From: an uncultured virus (IMG/VR IMGVR_UViG_3300020020_000004)
Taxonomy: Duplodnaviria; Heunggongvirae; Uroviricota; Caudoviricetes
IMG/VR virus record: IMGVR_UViG_3300020020_000004
Length of the DNA: 64,000 bases
Strand: one strand, 5' to 3'
The notes under the pieces were generated by a model that saw nothing but the letters and a program-made list of their open reading frames with translations, was not told the origin of the DNA and made no database searches. Made by a program: the position numbers and the translations under genes. Shown one piece after another: positions 38,712 to 48,963 of the stretch (its first letter is position 1; each line of letters starts with the position of its first letter).

Positions 38712-40450
38712 TGGCAACCCTGCCCAAAGTCCTGATCAAGCGTACCCCAACGCCCAACCTGCCTCCGGCTGGGCTTCAGCCAGGTGAGCTGTCGGTTGAG
38801 ATGGCCGACCCGCTCCGTCTCTGGATCGGCGTCCCGCCTGCTCTTCACCCCGATGGAAGAAAAGAGATTACGTCGTTTGTTCATGTTGGTGACGCACCAC
38901 CTGTTAATCCGCCCGACAACAAATTGTGGTGGGAGAGCGACACCGGTATCATGTGGATTTACTACAACGACGGTACCTCGAAACAGTGGGTTGCGGCTGT
39001 CTCTGGAAGTGGTAGCGTCGTTACTGGCGACTTTTTGCCCTTGATGGGAGGAACGCTTACTGGCGATCTTAAGATTGAGAACCTCACTGACAATTCCCGT
39101 CTCATTCTTAATCCAAAAGAGATGGTCGATTCTGGAGTTATCATAGGCCAGAGGAATAGTCTCACACGCTGGGTGGTGTATCTCGGTATGGGAAACGAGA
39201 CCGGCGGTAACGTCGGTGGCGATTTTGGAATTCAGAGTTACTCAGATATTGGTGGTTCTCTTACCTTCCCGTTCAAAATCGAACGTTCTACGGGTAAGGT
39301 CAGTATCCCAGCGGCACCGACTCTTCCAGAGCATGCTGCGAACAAGGCATATGTCGACGCCACAGCTGCGACCGGCGCCGGCTCGTTCGTCCCGCTCAAC
39401 GGTTCCGCTCCGATGACCGGTCCACTGTCCACTCCGGCCGTGTCTGCTCTCGCCGTGTCTGGTACCGATGCTGGTTACATCTTCAAGATGAACGGCTCGA
39501 CGTTGTGGTACATTCGCGGGGCAGACCCTGCTCAGTCCAATCTAGATTTTCTTCGCTACACGCCAACCGGTGTTTTTCTCGGCATCGCCATGTCGATCAA
39601 CAGGAACACTGGAGAGGTCAACGTTTCGAACTCGATTACGACCGGGAGTCTCAATGCCACCGGTATCACGTCGACCAACGGTACGATTACCGGCACGCTC
39701 ACCGCTCAGAATATCTATTCTCTCGGCACGGCGAACCTGACCAATATTACTGGCAACAACATTACGATCAACGGTCAGACGACTGTCCAAGACCTTCATG
39801 CTAATGGATGGACGTATATTGGTACCAATGGGTTCATTATCATTCACGATCCTCCTCCTAACGACAATCTGGTGTTTCGTAACGTCTCTACTGGCGCCAA
39901 TGTCACATTCACCGCGCCTGGAAAGATCGCATCCACAGGAATCTATATTCGTAATGGATCAGGCAATGTTGGGTGGGGACCGAACGTTTATAACTTCCAC
40001 TGGGTGTCACCATCGTTGAACGGCTATCTCGACGAGACGAACCTCGGTGCCGTCACCTTCTCCTCAGACTACCGGATGAAGAAAGACATCGCAGACCTCG
40101 AGTCGATGTGGGACAAGGTCAAGACGCTCAGGCCGGTCAAGTACACGCACAAGGACTTCACTCCTCCGACCGAGGAAGAGTCGAGGGCGAGACGCAGATT
40201 GAGCAATCCGATTGGGCTCGAGACGGTTCCTGATCAGCCGATGTTCGTCGCAGACGACAAAGAGCGATGGGGCTTCGTCGCCCACGAGCTTCAGGAGGCG
40301 CTGATCATGGACGCCGCGTCGGCCTACAAGGATGCGCCTGATGCGATCCAGTCCCCCAATCCGTGGACCGTCATTGCCACGTTAACTAAGGCGCTCCAGG
40401 AGGCGATGACGAGGATCGAGGCCCTCGAAGCCCAGGTGGCGGGAGGCTGA
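38711..40450 (+). CDS. Tail fibre with C-terminal peptidase S74 intramolecular chaperone
   Basis: LPLMGGTLTGDL, HAANKAYVD, SDYRMKKDI...GFVAHELQE...LTKALQEA. Confidence 0.85.
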   Translation: MATLPKVLIKRTPTPNLPPAGLQPGELSVEMADPLRLWIGVPPALHPDGRKEITSFVHVGDAPPVNPPDNKLWWESDTGIMWIYYNDGTSKQWVAAVSGSGSVVTGDFLPLMGGTLTGDLKIENLTDNSRLILNPKEMVDSGVIIGQRNSLTRWVVYLGMGNETGGNVGGDFGIQSYSDIGGSLTFPFKIERSTGKVSIPAAPTLPEHAANKAYVDATAATGAGSFVPLNGSAPMTGPLSTPAVSALAVSGTDAGYIFKMNGSTLWYIRGADPAQSNLDFLRYTPTGVFLGIAMSINRNTGEVNVSNSITTGSLNATGITSTNGTITGTLTAQNIYSLGTANLTNITGNNITINGQTTVQDLHANGWTYIGTNGFIIIHDPPPNDNLVFRNVSTGANVTFTAPGKIASTGIYIRNGSGNVGWGPNVYNFHWVSPSLNGYLDETNLGAVTFSSDYRMKKDIADLESMWDKVKTLRPVKYTHKDFTPPTEEESRARRRLSNPIGLETVPDQPMFVADDKERWGFVAHELQEALIMDAASAYKDAPDAIQSPNPWTVIATLTKALQEAMTRIEALEAQVAGG

Positions 40451-40455
40451 CGGTA

Positions 40456-41679
40456 ATGGCTCTCAACTTCCCTGATACGCCGATTATCGGCCAGGTGTTC
40501 GACGACCCTATCACTGGCGCGTCCTACATCTGGAACGGCTACGGTTGGGCTGACCACATCGAGGTGGAGATCGTCAGCAGCGAGTTCGTCAAGAAGGCCG
40601 GCGACACGATGACTGGTAATTTGGTCATCGAAAAAGACGTGCCTATCTTGATGATCAATAAGTTGAATGCAGCGGCCGGTACCTATGTGCAAGGTCAATC
40701 GCTCGGCAAGGCTCGTTGGAATCTGGCACTCGGTGACGGTAATCCTGAGACCGGAGCAAATTCTGGGTCGGATTTCCGTTTATCTGCAATAAATGATGCT
40801 GGGACTGTAGGTACTCATGACGTGTTGATGATTAATCGTGCTACCGGACTTGGTACGATCAAAGGTGACCCGACCGCGGCTCTCGGCATAGCGACCAAGC
40901 AGTACGTCGACAACGCGATCATCTCAGGTGGGAGTGGAGCTCAGTACGTTCAGAAGATCGGCGATACGATGACCGGTCCTCTTGTCCTTCCTGGACTCAC
41001 AATTAGAAGTGCAGCAGCGGCTGATATCTTGTTCCATAACAACGCATTCTCGCGTTGGATCGTGAGGGGCTTCACGAACTTCGAGGTGCGACGCTACAAC
41101 GACGCAGGCGTCGACCAAGGAGTGGCTCTCTCGATTGATCGTGCCACAGGAGCCGTTAATGCTCCGGTCTCGTTGTCGACTCAGGTATTGAATGTCACCA
41201 CCGCGACGGTGACGAACCTCAACGGAACCAATAGCACGTTTGCAGAGCCAGTAGTTCTGAACAAGGGTCACAAGGGTGACGACAACGGCATCCTGCGCTT
41301 CCGAGGGGCTTCCAACGAAATCTGGTGGGACCTCAATCTCAGCAATGCTTTTCGGAAGATGTTTGACACTTCCAATTCTCCGTTCTCTGCTGCCGGCTAT
41401 GTGAAATTTGCCAACGGCTTTGTTCTTCAGTGGGGCCAGGTAGGTGGTGGGCTTGGAAAATTTGATGTGGTCTTTCCGATTGTGTTTCCGAACACTTGTC
41501 TGGCGGCTGTTCCGGTCATAGTGACCGGAACGAGTGGAATATCTGCCGAGCAGTCTGTCATCACAACAGTCCAGTGGGTCGGTCAAGATCGCTTTGCAGT
41601 CGAGACTCGATACATCAATGCTGGCGGAGCCGTCGGCTGGGCTACTCAGCCTGTCATGTACATCGCAGTCGGGTACTAA
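40456..41679 (+). CDS. Tail fibre with gp53-like C-terminal domain
   Basis: KAGDTMTG, ATKQYVD, GYVKFANGFVLQWG...VFPIVFPNTCL...YIAVGY. Confidence 0.85.
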   Translation: MALNFPDTPIIGQVFDDPITGASYIWNGYGWADHIEVEIVSSEFVKKAGDTMTGNLVIEKDVPILMINKLNAAAGTYVQGQSLGKARWNLALGDGNPETGANSGSDFRLSAINDAGTVGTHDVLMINRATGLGTIKGDPTAALGIATKQYVDNAIISGGSGAQYVQKIGDTMTGPLVLPGLTIRSAAAADILFHNNAFSRWIVRGFTNFEVRRYNDAGVDQGVALSIDRATGAVNAPVSLSTQVLNVTTATVTNLNGTNSTFAEPVVLNKGHKGDDNGILRFRGASNEIWWDLNLSNAFRKMFDTSNSPFSAAGYVKFANGFVLQWGQVGGGLGKFDVVFPIVFPNTCLAAVPVIVTGTSGISAEQSVITTVQWVGQDRFAVETRYINAGGAVGWATQPVMYIAVGY

Positions 41680-41681
41680 AC

Positions 41682-42104
41682 ATGGTGAAGCTCTACGGTC
41701 TGTTCGATGTTGACGGGAAGCCGAAGGGCTTCTGGGCCGATGACGTTTATCCGCCTCAGCCCGACGGTAGCCGCAATCCTGTCATTCCCGAATTGGCTGT
41801 TCAGATTACGGAATACGACTGGAAAATCCTCCTCTCGAATGGGCTGGCGCGATACCACGATGGAGTTATATCTTACGTTCTGCAGCCTCCATCACCTCCA
41901 CCGCCTCCGCCGACTGATGCTCAGCACGCGAATAGACGCATTACCGAGGGGGTGGTGGCCGCCATCGACATCGTCAAGCAGGTCCGTGCCGACTTACTCA
42001 ACGTGCCTGACCAGTTCAACGCGAACAATTTCGTCACCGTGAAGAACCAACTGCGCACGTTGACCGAAGCAATCATTGCCATGCTCGAAGCCCAAAGGGA
42101 CTGA
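41682..42104 (+). CDS. Putative tail fibre assembly chaperone
   Basis: GFW.DDV...IPE.AV.IT...W..LL pattern following the fibre lacking S74. Confidence 0.6.
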   Translation: MVKLYGLFDVDGKPKGFWADDVYPPQPDGSRNPVIPELAVQITEYDWKILLSNGLARYHDGVISYVLQPPSPPPPPPTDAQHANRRITEGVVAAIDIVKQVRADLLNVPDQFNANNFVTVKNQLRTLTEAIIAMLEAQRD

Positions 42105-42105
42105 T

Positions 42106-44193
42106 ATGGCCTTCAACTTTCCGTCGAATCCAATCAACGGTCAGGTCTTCACAGATCCGAGCGGAGCTTCGTACACCTTCAACGGATACGGCTGGGTCGA
42201 GTCAGAGGAAACTGAGTTCGTTCTCAGGGCCGGCGATACGATGACGGGTTTCCTCACCCTCAACGCAGCTCCGACAGACCTGCTGCACGCAGCGACCAAG
42301 AAATACGTCGATGACTCCATCGTCCTCGGAGACCCGCGCTTCGTCAACGTGACAGGCGACACGATGACGGGCAATCTGACGATACAGAAGTCTGCACCAC
42401 GTTTATCATTTGATGCAACGGACGCTAATGGTCCGTACATTGAAGTGAAGCGTAACAACGTCCTTCGATGGTTCTTCTATCTTGCCGGTGATCCAGAGAC
42501 AGGCAGTAACGTTGGAAGTGACTTTTATATTCAATCTATGAATGATGCTGGTGGTTCTGTTGCATTTCCTCTTAGGATAGAACGGAAGACAGGTGTTGTT
42601 AAGTTGCAGGAGGCAATCCCTTCCACATCCACAACTACGGGTGCATTGACGGTTGCGGGAGGCGTGGGTATTCAAGGCGCGGCGAATATTAGTGGAACAA
42701 TCACTGCTGGTCTTGGTGGAACAGGGGCTGGTTCTGGGTGGCTTACACTTAACGGTGGTAGCACTGGTTCTGGTGGAGGAATAATTTCATTACAGAAAAA
42801 TAGTGTATATACATGGCATGTCGGTCATGCATCGATTGTGTTGGGTACGCCGGGGGTCGATGATTTTGTGTTTTATGGCGTCGCTTCTGGTTTTCAGTTA
42901 CGTTTGTCTGCGGCAACTGGACAACTTTCGTTGTCAAGTAATACACCTTCCACATCTCCAACCACAGGCGCGCTCACCGTTGCAGGAGGCGTAGGCGTTG
43001 CCGGTGCCTTGTATACCGGTGGAATTATTGTCATTGCAAAGGCAACTCCTATTTTCTACATGAATGATCTTGGTGGTGCAGGTAATTACATATCCGCGCA
43101 AAGGAATGGTTTGTCTCGTTGGGAAATGTCTCTTGGTGCTGGATCAGAGTCAGGGAGTAATGCAGGATCGGATTTTGTACTTAATCGTTATAGTGATGCT
43201 GGTGGTCTTTTAGGATCAGCGATCGTTATTCGTCGCAACAATGGTGACATGACGGTTGGTGGTGGCTTCGTGGTACAAGCTGCCGATCCGACCATGTTCC
43301 TTCAAAAAGCGGCCGACGCGAACGTCGCACAAATGTATATCATGTCGAGTGGTGCCGCTAGATGGCTCTGGCACTACGCCGATCAGACCAACAACAACAT
43401 GCAATTGTATCGCTGCAACGCAGCAGGTGGGATTGTAGATGGGCCGTTTGGGGTCAATTGGGCGACAGGCAAGGTAGCCATGTCTTCAAACATTCCTGCA
43501 ACATCATCAACTACAGGTACGTTGACCGTTGCAGGTGGCCTCGGTGTCGCGGGCAACATCTATTCAGGTGCGATGATCCATTCGCCTGCCGGTATAACTG
43601 TGTCACCGTCATTGCCAGACACGAACCACTCCATGACTTTTGATGCAGCTTTGAATGGCCCGTATATTTCTGGATTTCAAGGTTTAGGTCTAGGTATTCA
43701 AGGCGTGAAGGCTCTAGTATTAAACGCTGCAGGCGATGTTGCTATCAATGGGGGTCTTCCTGGATACAAATTGTCCATGACGTTTCCAGGTGGTGGAGTG
43801 CAGTACGGTTTCGGCATCAAGCAGTCAGCAGACACAACTATCGTAGTACACTTCCTCAATTCGGCAGGAACACCGATTGGCGGAATTTCATCAAGCACGT
43901 CTACCATAGCTTACAATACGTCATCCGATATGCGTCTAAAGAAAGATCTCAAGAAATTTGACTCAGACAAGATTGTTGACGCTATTAATGTCTATGATTT
44001 CGCTTGGGAGACCACAGGAGAGCGGTCCATTGGCATCGTTGCTCAAGAGGTGTACGAAGTCTATCCTCAGGCAATCACGCACGACGAAAAGTTCGATACG
44101 TGGTTCGTCGACTACAGCAAGTTCGCTCCGTTAATGCTTCAGGAACTGAAGTCATTGCGGGAACGTGTGAAACAACTCGAGACAGGAGAATGA
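42106..44193 (+). CDS. Tail fibre with C-terminal peptidase S74 chaperone
   Basis: Three TTG(A/T)LTVAGG(V/L)G repeats; YNTSSDMRLKKD...GIVAQEV...VDYSKF. Confidence 0.85.
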   Translation: MAFNFPSNPINGQVFTDPSGASYTFNGYGWVESEETEFVLRAGDTMTGFLTLNAAPTDLLHAATKKYVDDSIVLGDPRFVNVTGDTMTGNLTIQKSAPRLSFDATDANGPYIEVKRNNVLRWFFYLAGDPETGSNVGSDFYIQSMNDAGGSVAFPLRIERKTGVVKLQEAIPSTSTTTGALTVAGGVGIQGAANISGTITAGLGGTGAGSGWLTLNGGSTGSGGGIISLQKNSVYTWHVGHASIVLGTPGVDDFVFYGVASGFQLRLSAATGQLSLSSNTPSTSPTTGALTVAGGVGVAGALYTGGIIVIAKATPIFYMNDLGGAGNYISAQRNGLSRWEMSLGAGSESGSNAGSDFVLNRYSDAGGLLGSAIVIRRNNGDMTVGGGFVVQAADPTMFLQKAADANVAQMYIMSSGAARWLWHYADQTNNNMQLYRCNAAGGIVDGPFGVNWATGKVAMSSNIPATSSTTGTLTVAGGLGVAGNIYSGAMIHSPAGITVSPSLPDTNHSMTFDAALNGPYISGFQGLGLGIQGVKALVLNAAGDVAINGGLPGYKLSMTFPGGGVQYGFGIKQSADTTIVVHFLNSAGTPIGGISSSTSTIAYNTSSDMRLKKDLKKFDSDKIVDAINVYDFAWETTGERSIGIVAQEVYEVYPQAITHDEKFDTWFVDYSKFAPLMLQELKSLRERVKQLETGE

Positions 44194-44194
44194 C

Positions 44195-44497
44195 ATGCCT
44201 TTGATCCCATGGCGATTCCAGTGCGATCTGATGATCGACGAGACAGGCGCGGCACCAAAAGTTACCGATGCCAATCCATTTGTGACGGTGTTCGTTGCGG
44301 AGGTGTACACTCGTGACTCGACAGGCAAGAAGGTCCTGAACAGGGAGACGAGCCTTCCCATTCAGGTGAGGGCTGCGAACCTCGCCGAGTTTCTCGTAGC
44401 ATCGACTCTCGAGATTGATCTCATCAAGTACCCGCGCGAGAAGGTGCCGACACCTGTCGTCACTGAGCAACCGTCACCCAAAGAGGACAAGAAGTGA
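44195..44497 (+). CDS. Hypothetical protein
   Basis: GGAG RBS; tail module. Confidence 0.55.
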   Translation: MPLIPWRFQCDLMIDETGAAPKVTDANPFVTVFVAEVYTRDSTGKKVLNRETSLPIQVRAANLAEFLVASTLEIDLIKYPREKVPTPVVTEQPSPKEDKK

Positions 44498-44682
44498 ACA
44501 GACAAATCGCAATCGCTATCATTCAGTACATCAGCCGGGCCCATGGTATAATTCCAACCACGGGTGCTGAGTGGGATGCAATGCGTCCTGGTCTCGAGCT
44601 CCTCGAGCGCATTGCCAATGGGCGCGCCGAGGTCACTGAAACGAAACCGGAGCCGGTCGAAGTGAAGCAATCGGCTTCATAA
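44494..44682 (+). CDS. Hypothetical protein
   Basis: GTGA coupling to upstream gene. Confidence 0.5.
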   Translation: MNRQIAIAIIQYISRAHGIIPTTGAEWDAMRPGLELLERIANGRAEVTETKPEPVEVKQSAS

Positions 44683-44718
44683 TCGTTCCGAAATAGTCAC
44701 CGAGAAGGAAGTCGTCAC

Positions 44719-46101
44719 ATGACTGCGATGTTCCCCGACAGCGGCGTTCCTCCGGCAGACGCGAGGAACAGTCTCCCAGATCCACTGACTCAGAACTGCG
44801 AAGAATTGTGGTACAGCACTTCACGGTGCCAGCCACGGTTCGATCCAGCGGCAGCCAACGCCATGCTGGCCGAGTTGATTAATCTGGTCAATCGAGGAGG
44901 TGTAATCTACGACTGCTCCAAGTTAGATCAGGTCCAGCTTGCGGTCAGGTATCTGATCCAACGTAGTGAGCCACAGTTTGCGGTTGCAACCGGTCCTCAG
45001 AACATCTACAATCTCGCCTTGACTCCGACGGCAACTGCATTGAACAACGGCATGACCATCTGTATGGTCCCGAACAATGCCAACACGGGCGCATGTTGGG
45101 TGACGCTCGATGGTTTTGGTCCGTATCCACTTCTCAGGGTCGATAAGCAACAGCTCCAGGCTGGCGACATTGCAATTGATGCCCCTATCATCATCTGCCT
45201 GTATAATAGCGCATGGTACGTGGTCGGAAGTGGACTGGTCAAATCGATGGTGCCGAAGGGCCTGATTATCATGACCGGCGATCTCGACGCTTGGATTAGG
45301 ACCGACGGCAACGACACCACTGGTGACGGCACCGCGAACTCTCCTGACAAGGCGTTCCGTACCATCGAGGGAGCGTGGCGGAGGATCGGTCAACTCTACT
45401 ACCCATCGGCATTCTACGTCATTAATCTTAGGTTGGGTATCCCAGGCGCCTACGAGGGTGCCAGCCTGACGAACTGGTCCGGTCGCGTCAACCTGTTCGG
45501 CAATCCGAATACCAGTGATTGGGCTACGACGAGTCTCTACACCATCGACACGAAAGCACCCAATCCCGGATCGGTCTTTTCTCACTCGTTAATGGTTCAA
45601 GACTTTGACCTCGTAGCAAAGGGAGTCACGTTCCGCAACACACTTGGTGATCCGTATTGGCTCACGGCTCTCCGGATTACGAGTGGTGGTCGCATCTGGA
45701 TAATCGACGTCGAATTCGCCCAGACCGTTGCCAATGGTCACTCCTCAATGCTCGAGGTCGCAGGCGGCGGCATCTGTCTCCATGGTGGCAGGGTCTGGTT
45801 TCGTGGCAACAGCACAACCATCCATCCGATCATGGTTCGCGATGGGGCGCGGTTTGGCATCGGAACGGGAGAGGTGCCGTCGAATTTCCTGGCCACAGAC
45901 CTCACGTTCCCTAACGGGTACGGGTTCATCAACGTCGTCGTGTCATCCTCGGCCAACTTCACGGCCTCGACCGTAACCCACGCGAACTGCGTTGGCATGA
46001 GGTACGTGGTTCAAGGCAACTCGATCTTGTCCATGAACAATCAGTCTCTGCCTGGCAACCAGAACGGTACTGCGGACACGGGTGGCGTTGTCTATCCATG
46101 A
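44719..46101 (+). CDS. Tail fibre/spike with probable beta-helix C-terminus
   Basis: Anchor domain; NTGAC.VTLDG.G..PL module; WIRTDGNDTTGDGT...AFRTIEGA. Confidence 0.75.
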   Translation: MTAMFPDSGVPPADARNSLPDPLTQNCEELWYSTSRCQPRFDPAAANAMLAELINLVNRGGVIYDCSKLDQVQLAVRYLIQRSEPQFAVATGPQNIYNLALTPTATALNNGMTICMVPNNANTGACWVTLDGFGPYPLLRVDKQQLQAGDIAIDAPIIICLYNSAWYVVGSGLVKSMVPKGLIIMTGDLDAWIRTDGNDTTGDGTANSPDKAFRTIEGAWRRIGQLYYPSAFYVINLRLGIPGAYEGASLTNWSGRVNLFGNPNTSDWATTSLYTIDTKAPNPGSVFSHSLMVQDFDLVAKGVTFRNTLGDPYWLTALRITSGGRIWIIDVEFAQTVANGHSSMLEVAGGGICLHGGRVWFRGNSTTIHPIMVRDGARFGIGTGEVPSNFLATDLTFPNGYGFINVVVSSSANFTASTVTHANCVGMRYVVQGNSILSMNNQSLPGNQNGTADTGGVVYP

Positions 46102-46385
46102 CCGAGATTAAGTCCTGGGTCAAGAATAACTCGACACTCGTATACTTCTTGATCGCCCAGGCTATCTTTGTCGGTGGATTAGCGTTCAGCGCATGGGGCT
46201 ATATGGTTCGACTTGAGAGCCGCGTCTCCACATTAGAGGTACGAGGTCCACCTCATCTGGCCGAGATCAATACTCGGCTCACTGTTCTAGAAGGAGCGAC
46301 CAGGAAGAACGAGAATAGCATCGAGCGTATCGTTGATGTAATGACACGCGAGCTGCATATCAATCCTGGGAAGTCGAGACAATAG
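46098..46385 (+). CDS. Single-TM coiled-coil protein (possible lysis accessory)
   Basis: N-terminal TM then heptad-like region; end of late operon. Confidence 0.5.
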   Translation: MTEIKSWVKNNSTLVYFLIAQAIFVGGLAFSAWGYMVRLESRVSTLEVRGPPHLAEINTRLTVLEGATRKNENSIERIVDVMTRELHINPGKSRQ

Positions 46386-46394
46386 GAGGACGTC

Positions 46395-46571
46395 ATGGGT
46401 GCGAATATCTGGTTCTGGTTGATCTTCGTAATCGTCGGAATCTTTGGCATCGTGGGTCTCGGGCCCTGGCGAGCCCAGCAGTATCCGTGGGCTCCGTTCG
46501 GTTCGTGGATCATACTGTTCATTCTGATCGGGATCCTTGGTATTACGGTGTACGGCTCCCCTATACGCTGA
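46395..46571 (+). CDS. 58-aa two-TM membrane protein (holin candidate)
   Basis: Not in track; AGGAGG RBS; MGANIWFWLIFVIVGIFGIVGLGPW...WIILFILIGILGITVYGSPIR. Confidence 0.65.
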   Translation: MGANIWFWLIFVIVGIFGIVGLGPWRAQQYPWAPFGSWIILFILIGILGITVYGSPIR

Positions 46572-46961
46572 GAGGGAATCGCCCCCAATAGGCGATCCTT
46601 ATATTGGGATGGACCGCAGCAAGGTACCACCACTGCCTCCCTATCCTCCAGCTCCGCCTCCGATCTGCAAAGGGTGCTAAAGTGAAAGTGATCCTTAAAG
46701 ACAACCGTGTGGTATCTCTTCCTGCTTCGACAACACAATACCTTCTTCCCTTGATCGAGGAAGAAGTAGTAGACGCTCCTCAAGATGTTAAACTGGGTTG
46801 GTACCGGGTGGGTAGTCTTTGGATCCCACCCGCGACCCAACAAAATGAAAGGAGAGCTGTGTCATGGTGAAAGTTGTATGCCGCCCTGGGGGCTGCACAG
46901 TCCCGGTTCCTCTGCCACCGGACTACCCCCAACCACTGCCCTGAACTAGGTTACATTTGAA

Positions 46962-47000
46962 TAAGCGCGGCACTGCGGGAGCGGTGCTGCGCTTACTTTT
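46962..47000 (+). terminator. Terminator at convergence of late and leftward operons
   Basis: TAAGCGCGGCACTGC-ggga-GCGGTGCTGCGCTTA-CTTTT. Confidence 0.6.
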
Positions 47001-47113
47001 GACCGCTATACAGGCCGCGTGCGCAACCCCACAGTGCGTTTCTAGCTGCGGTCCGTACACATGTAGCGCGGCGGTTTCAAACGCACTGTAGCGGCTTAAA
47101 ACGCCCCGATTAT

Positions 47114-47299
47114 TCAGTCGTACTTCTTTGTCCAAATCTCTTTATGGAGACGTTCAATTATTTCTTCTCTCGTTCCTTTATCAGACATCCCAAGATTGAC
47201 CAACCATTCACGTATTGCGTCACTCCTGATGTTCAACAGATCTAACCTTCGGCAGATCTGAGCGCGACCCCATTTCTTATCGTGTACCTGCGTCTGCAT
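47114..47299 (-). CDS. Hypothetical protein
   Basis: GGAG RBS, downstream of promoter 47328-47357. Confidence 0.5.
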   Translation of the reverse strand: MQTQVHDKKWGRAQICRRLDLLNIRSDAIREWLVNLGMSDKGTREEIIERLHKEIWTKKYD

Positions 47300-47327
47300 T
47301 GCCTACTCCATTGTTGGTAACAAATAT

Positions 47328-47357
47328 ACTATAGCGCATAGCAGCATGTGAGTACAA
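47328..47357 (-). promoter_or_regulatory. sigma70-like promoter
   Basis: Minus strand TTGTAC-N18-TATAGT. Confidence 0.5.
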
Positions 47358-47374
47358 GTGGGACCAGACTTATT

Positions 47375-48679
47375 CTAAGGAGCATCCTCGAATAGGGGAT
47401 AATACAGATCTCTTAAGCTTGGTTCTTTAACTTTTTTCTTGGGTTTTCTTTTTGGAATATGACATTTACAATTCGTGACCCATTCATTGTATGGCATGTT
47501 ACGATATTCTTCTTTAAACTGCCAGATCTTACATCCCGCTCCTGTTTCAGGATTAACAACTTCATCTCCACTGTCTTCAATTGGGTGCCATTGAGTTACT
47601 AATTTTGATCCTGATATCCATACTAATTGAATTCGAGCACGTTGCGACGATGAATCATTATCAAACAATCCATGGTGCATTTCATCAGCTTCATTCCACA
47701 ATTCCCAGTCTGCTTTTGGTTCTCGTCTGAGACTCTCATAGATCCATCGTTCTTGGCCTCGTATTCTTGATGGCTTTATCTTCTCAGCAGCTTCGATACT
47801 AGTTGAACTATGACTCTGAAATGGAACTTCATAATCGTCGTCATCGTCTGATATCATATCTTATCATAATCCGCTCTAAGGACTGCGTCCTTATCGTTAA
47901 CCCGCGTATATTCTCCTGACTTAAGTTTTAGAAAGATATGGGTGCCACATTCCGGGCAATAGTTCGGAAGGCGCGGATTGACCCAACACAACATCAGATG
48001 GCAACACGGCATCTCCATCAGTCGAAATTGGATTATCTGATTAGTTATCACTAGGTTCTTCCTGGTTGAAATACTGTTCGAGATGCCAATCTAGAACGTG
48101 TTGATCGTGATTGCGGGATCTGATCACGTACCAGTCTCTGTACGTGATATAACTGTCCCCGAGGAAGGTATAGCTATTATCTGGAGAGCGATGTCTATCT
48201 GGCTCTCCAACTGTATCGTACCAGACTTCGAACACGATTATGGGATCAGCAGCTATGGTCGCGCATGCTCTGCAGTAAGCGCAAGAGTATGGTATTGAGG
48301 TACAGGCTACTCCAACTGCTGGATGAACCCTGGGGTCGCGCTGACATACGTCACAGCGCATGTCTACCATTGTCATTGTTGTTCGTCCGCCTCCACTCGA
48401 TCACGATGCCGATGCACGGTAGCGGCAAGATATAGAGCTTGCGCTTGTCGCGATCCCAGTACGCACCAACCCACATGTCGTACCAAGCGAACAGCGGTTT
48501 GATTTTCATTTTGTGCTCAACACGTTAGCTCCGAATTGCTTCATGAGCGTGCGAAGCCCGGAGGCAATGGCAATCTTTTGATCGGACGTGAAAGCACTGC
48601 GCTCGTTGACGAGCAGCAGCCTGTCGAGCCATTTGATCGGATCGGGGCCGATATAGTCGCGCTCTGCACTTTTCGTCAT
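47375..48679 (-). other. Small hypothetical genes (47375-47857, 47854-48051, 48041-48376, 48506-48679), several with CxxC motifs
   Basis: Overlapping start/stop codons; CPEC, CDVC/CAYC motifs. Confidence 0.55.
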
Positions 48680-48963
48680 GCGACCAACCTCAGCTTAGGC
48701 TTGCGCCTGACTGTCTTACGCTCGCCGATGCGGAAGCTTGCCCTCACCGAATTGGCGACGGCCGCGACGCAACAGTAGCGCGGTGAAATGGTAGCCCCGA
48801 AGAACCAGTTGCGGAGTGTGGTGTTCGTCACGCCGCTCGACTTGGAGATTTGGGCGATCACCGTGCCGAACTTTACGCCTTGGGCCTCAGCTTCGAATTG
48901 CAGCGCCGTGCGCAACAGATCAATCACGGGGTCTTTGGTCTTGAACAGATAGGACTTGTACAT
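48676..48963 (-). CDS. XRE/Cro-like HTH protein
   Basis: IAQISKSSGVTNTTLRNWFFG..SPR HTH pattern; GGAG RBS. Confidence 0.65.
   Translation of the reverse strand: MYKSYLFKTKDPVIDLLRTALQFEAEAQGVKFGTVIAQISKSSGVTNTTLRNWFFGATISPRYCCVAAVANSVRASFRIGERKTVRRKPKLRLVA

Noticed and set aside
38711..46101. Diversity-generating retroelement or invertible fibre cassette
   Set aside because: No reverse transcriptase or invertase, no adenine-variant repeat pair seen, all fibres co-oriented.
48676..48963. Lysogeny repressor / prophage call
   Set aside because: No integrase, att site, divergent cI/cro pair or bacterial flanks in the window.
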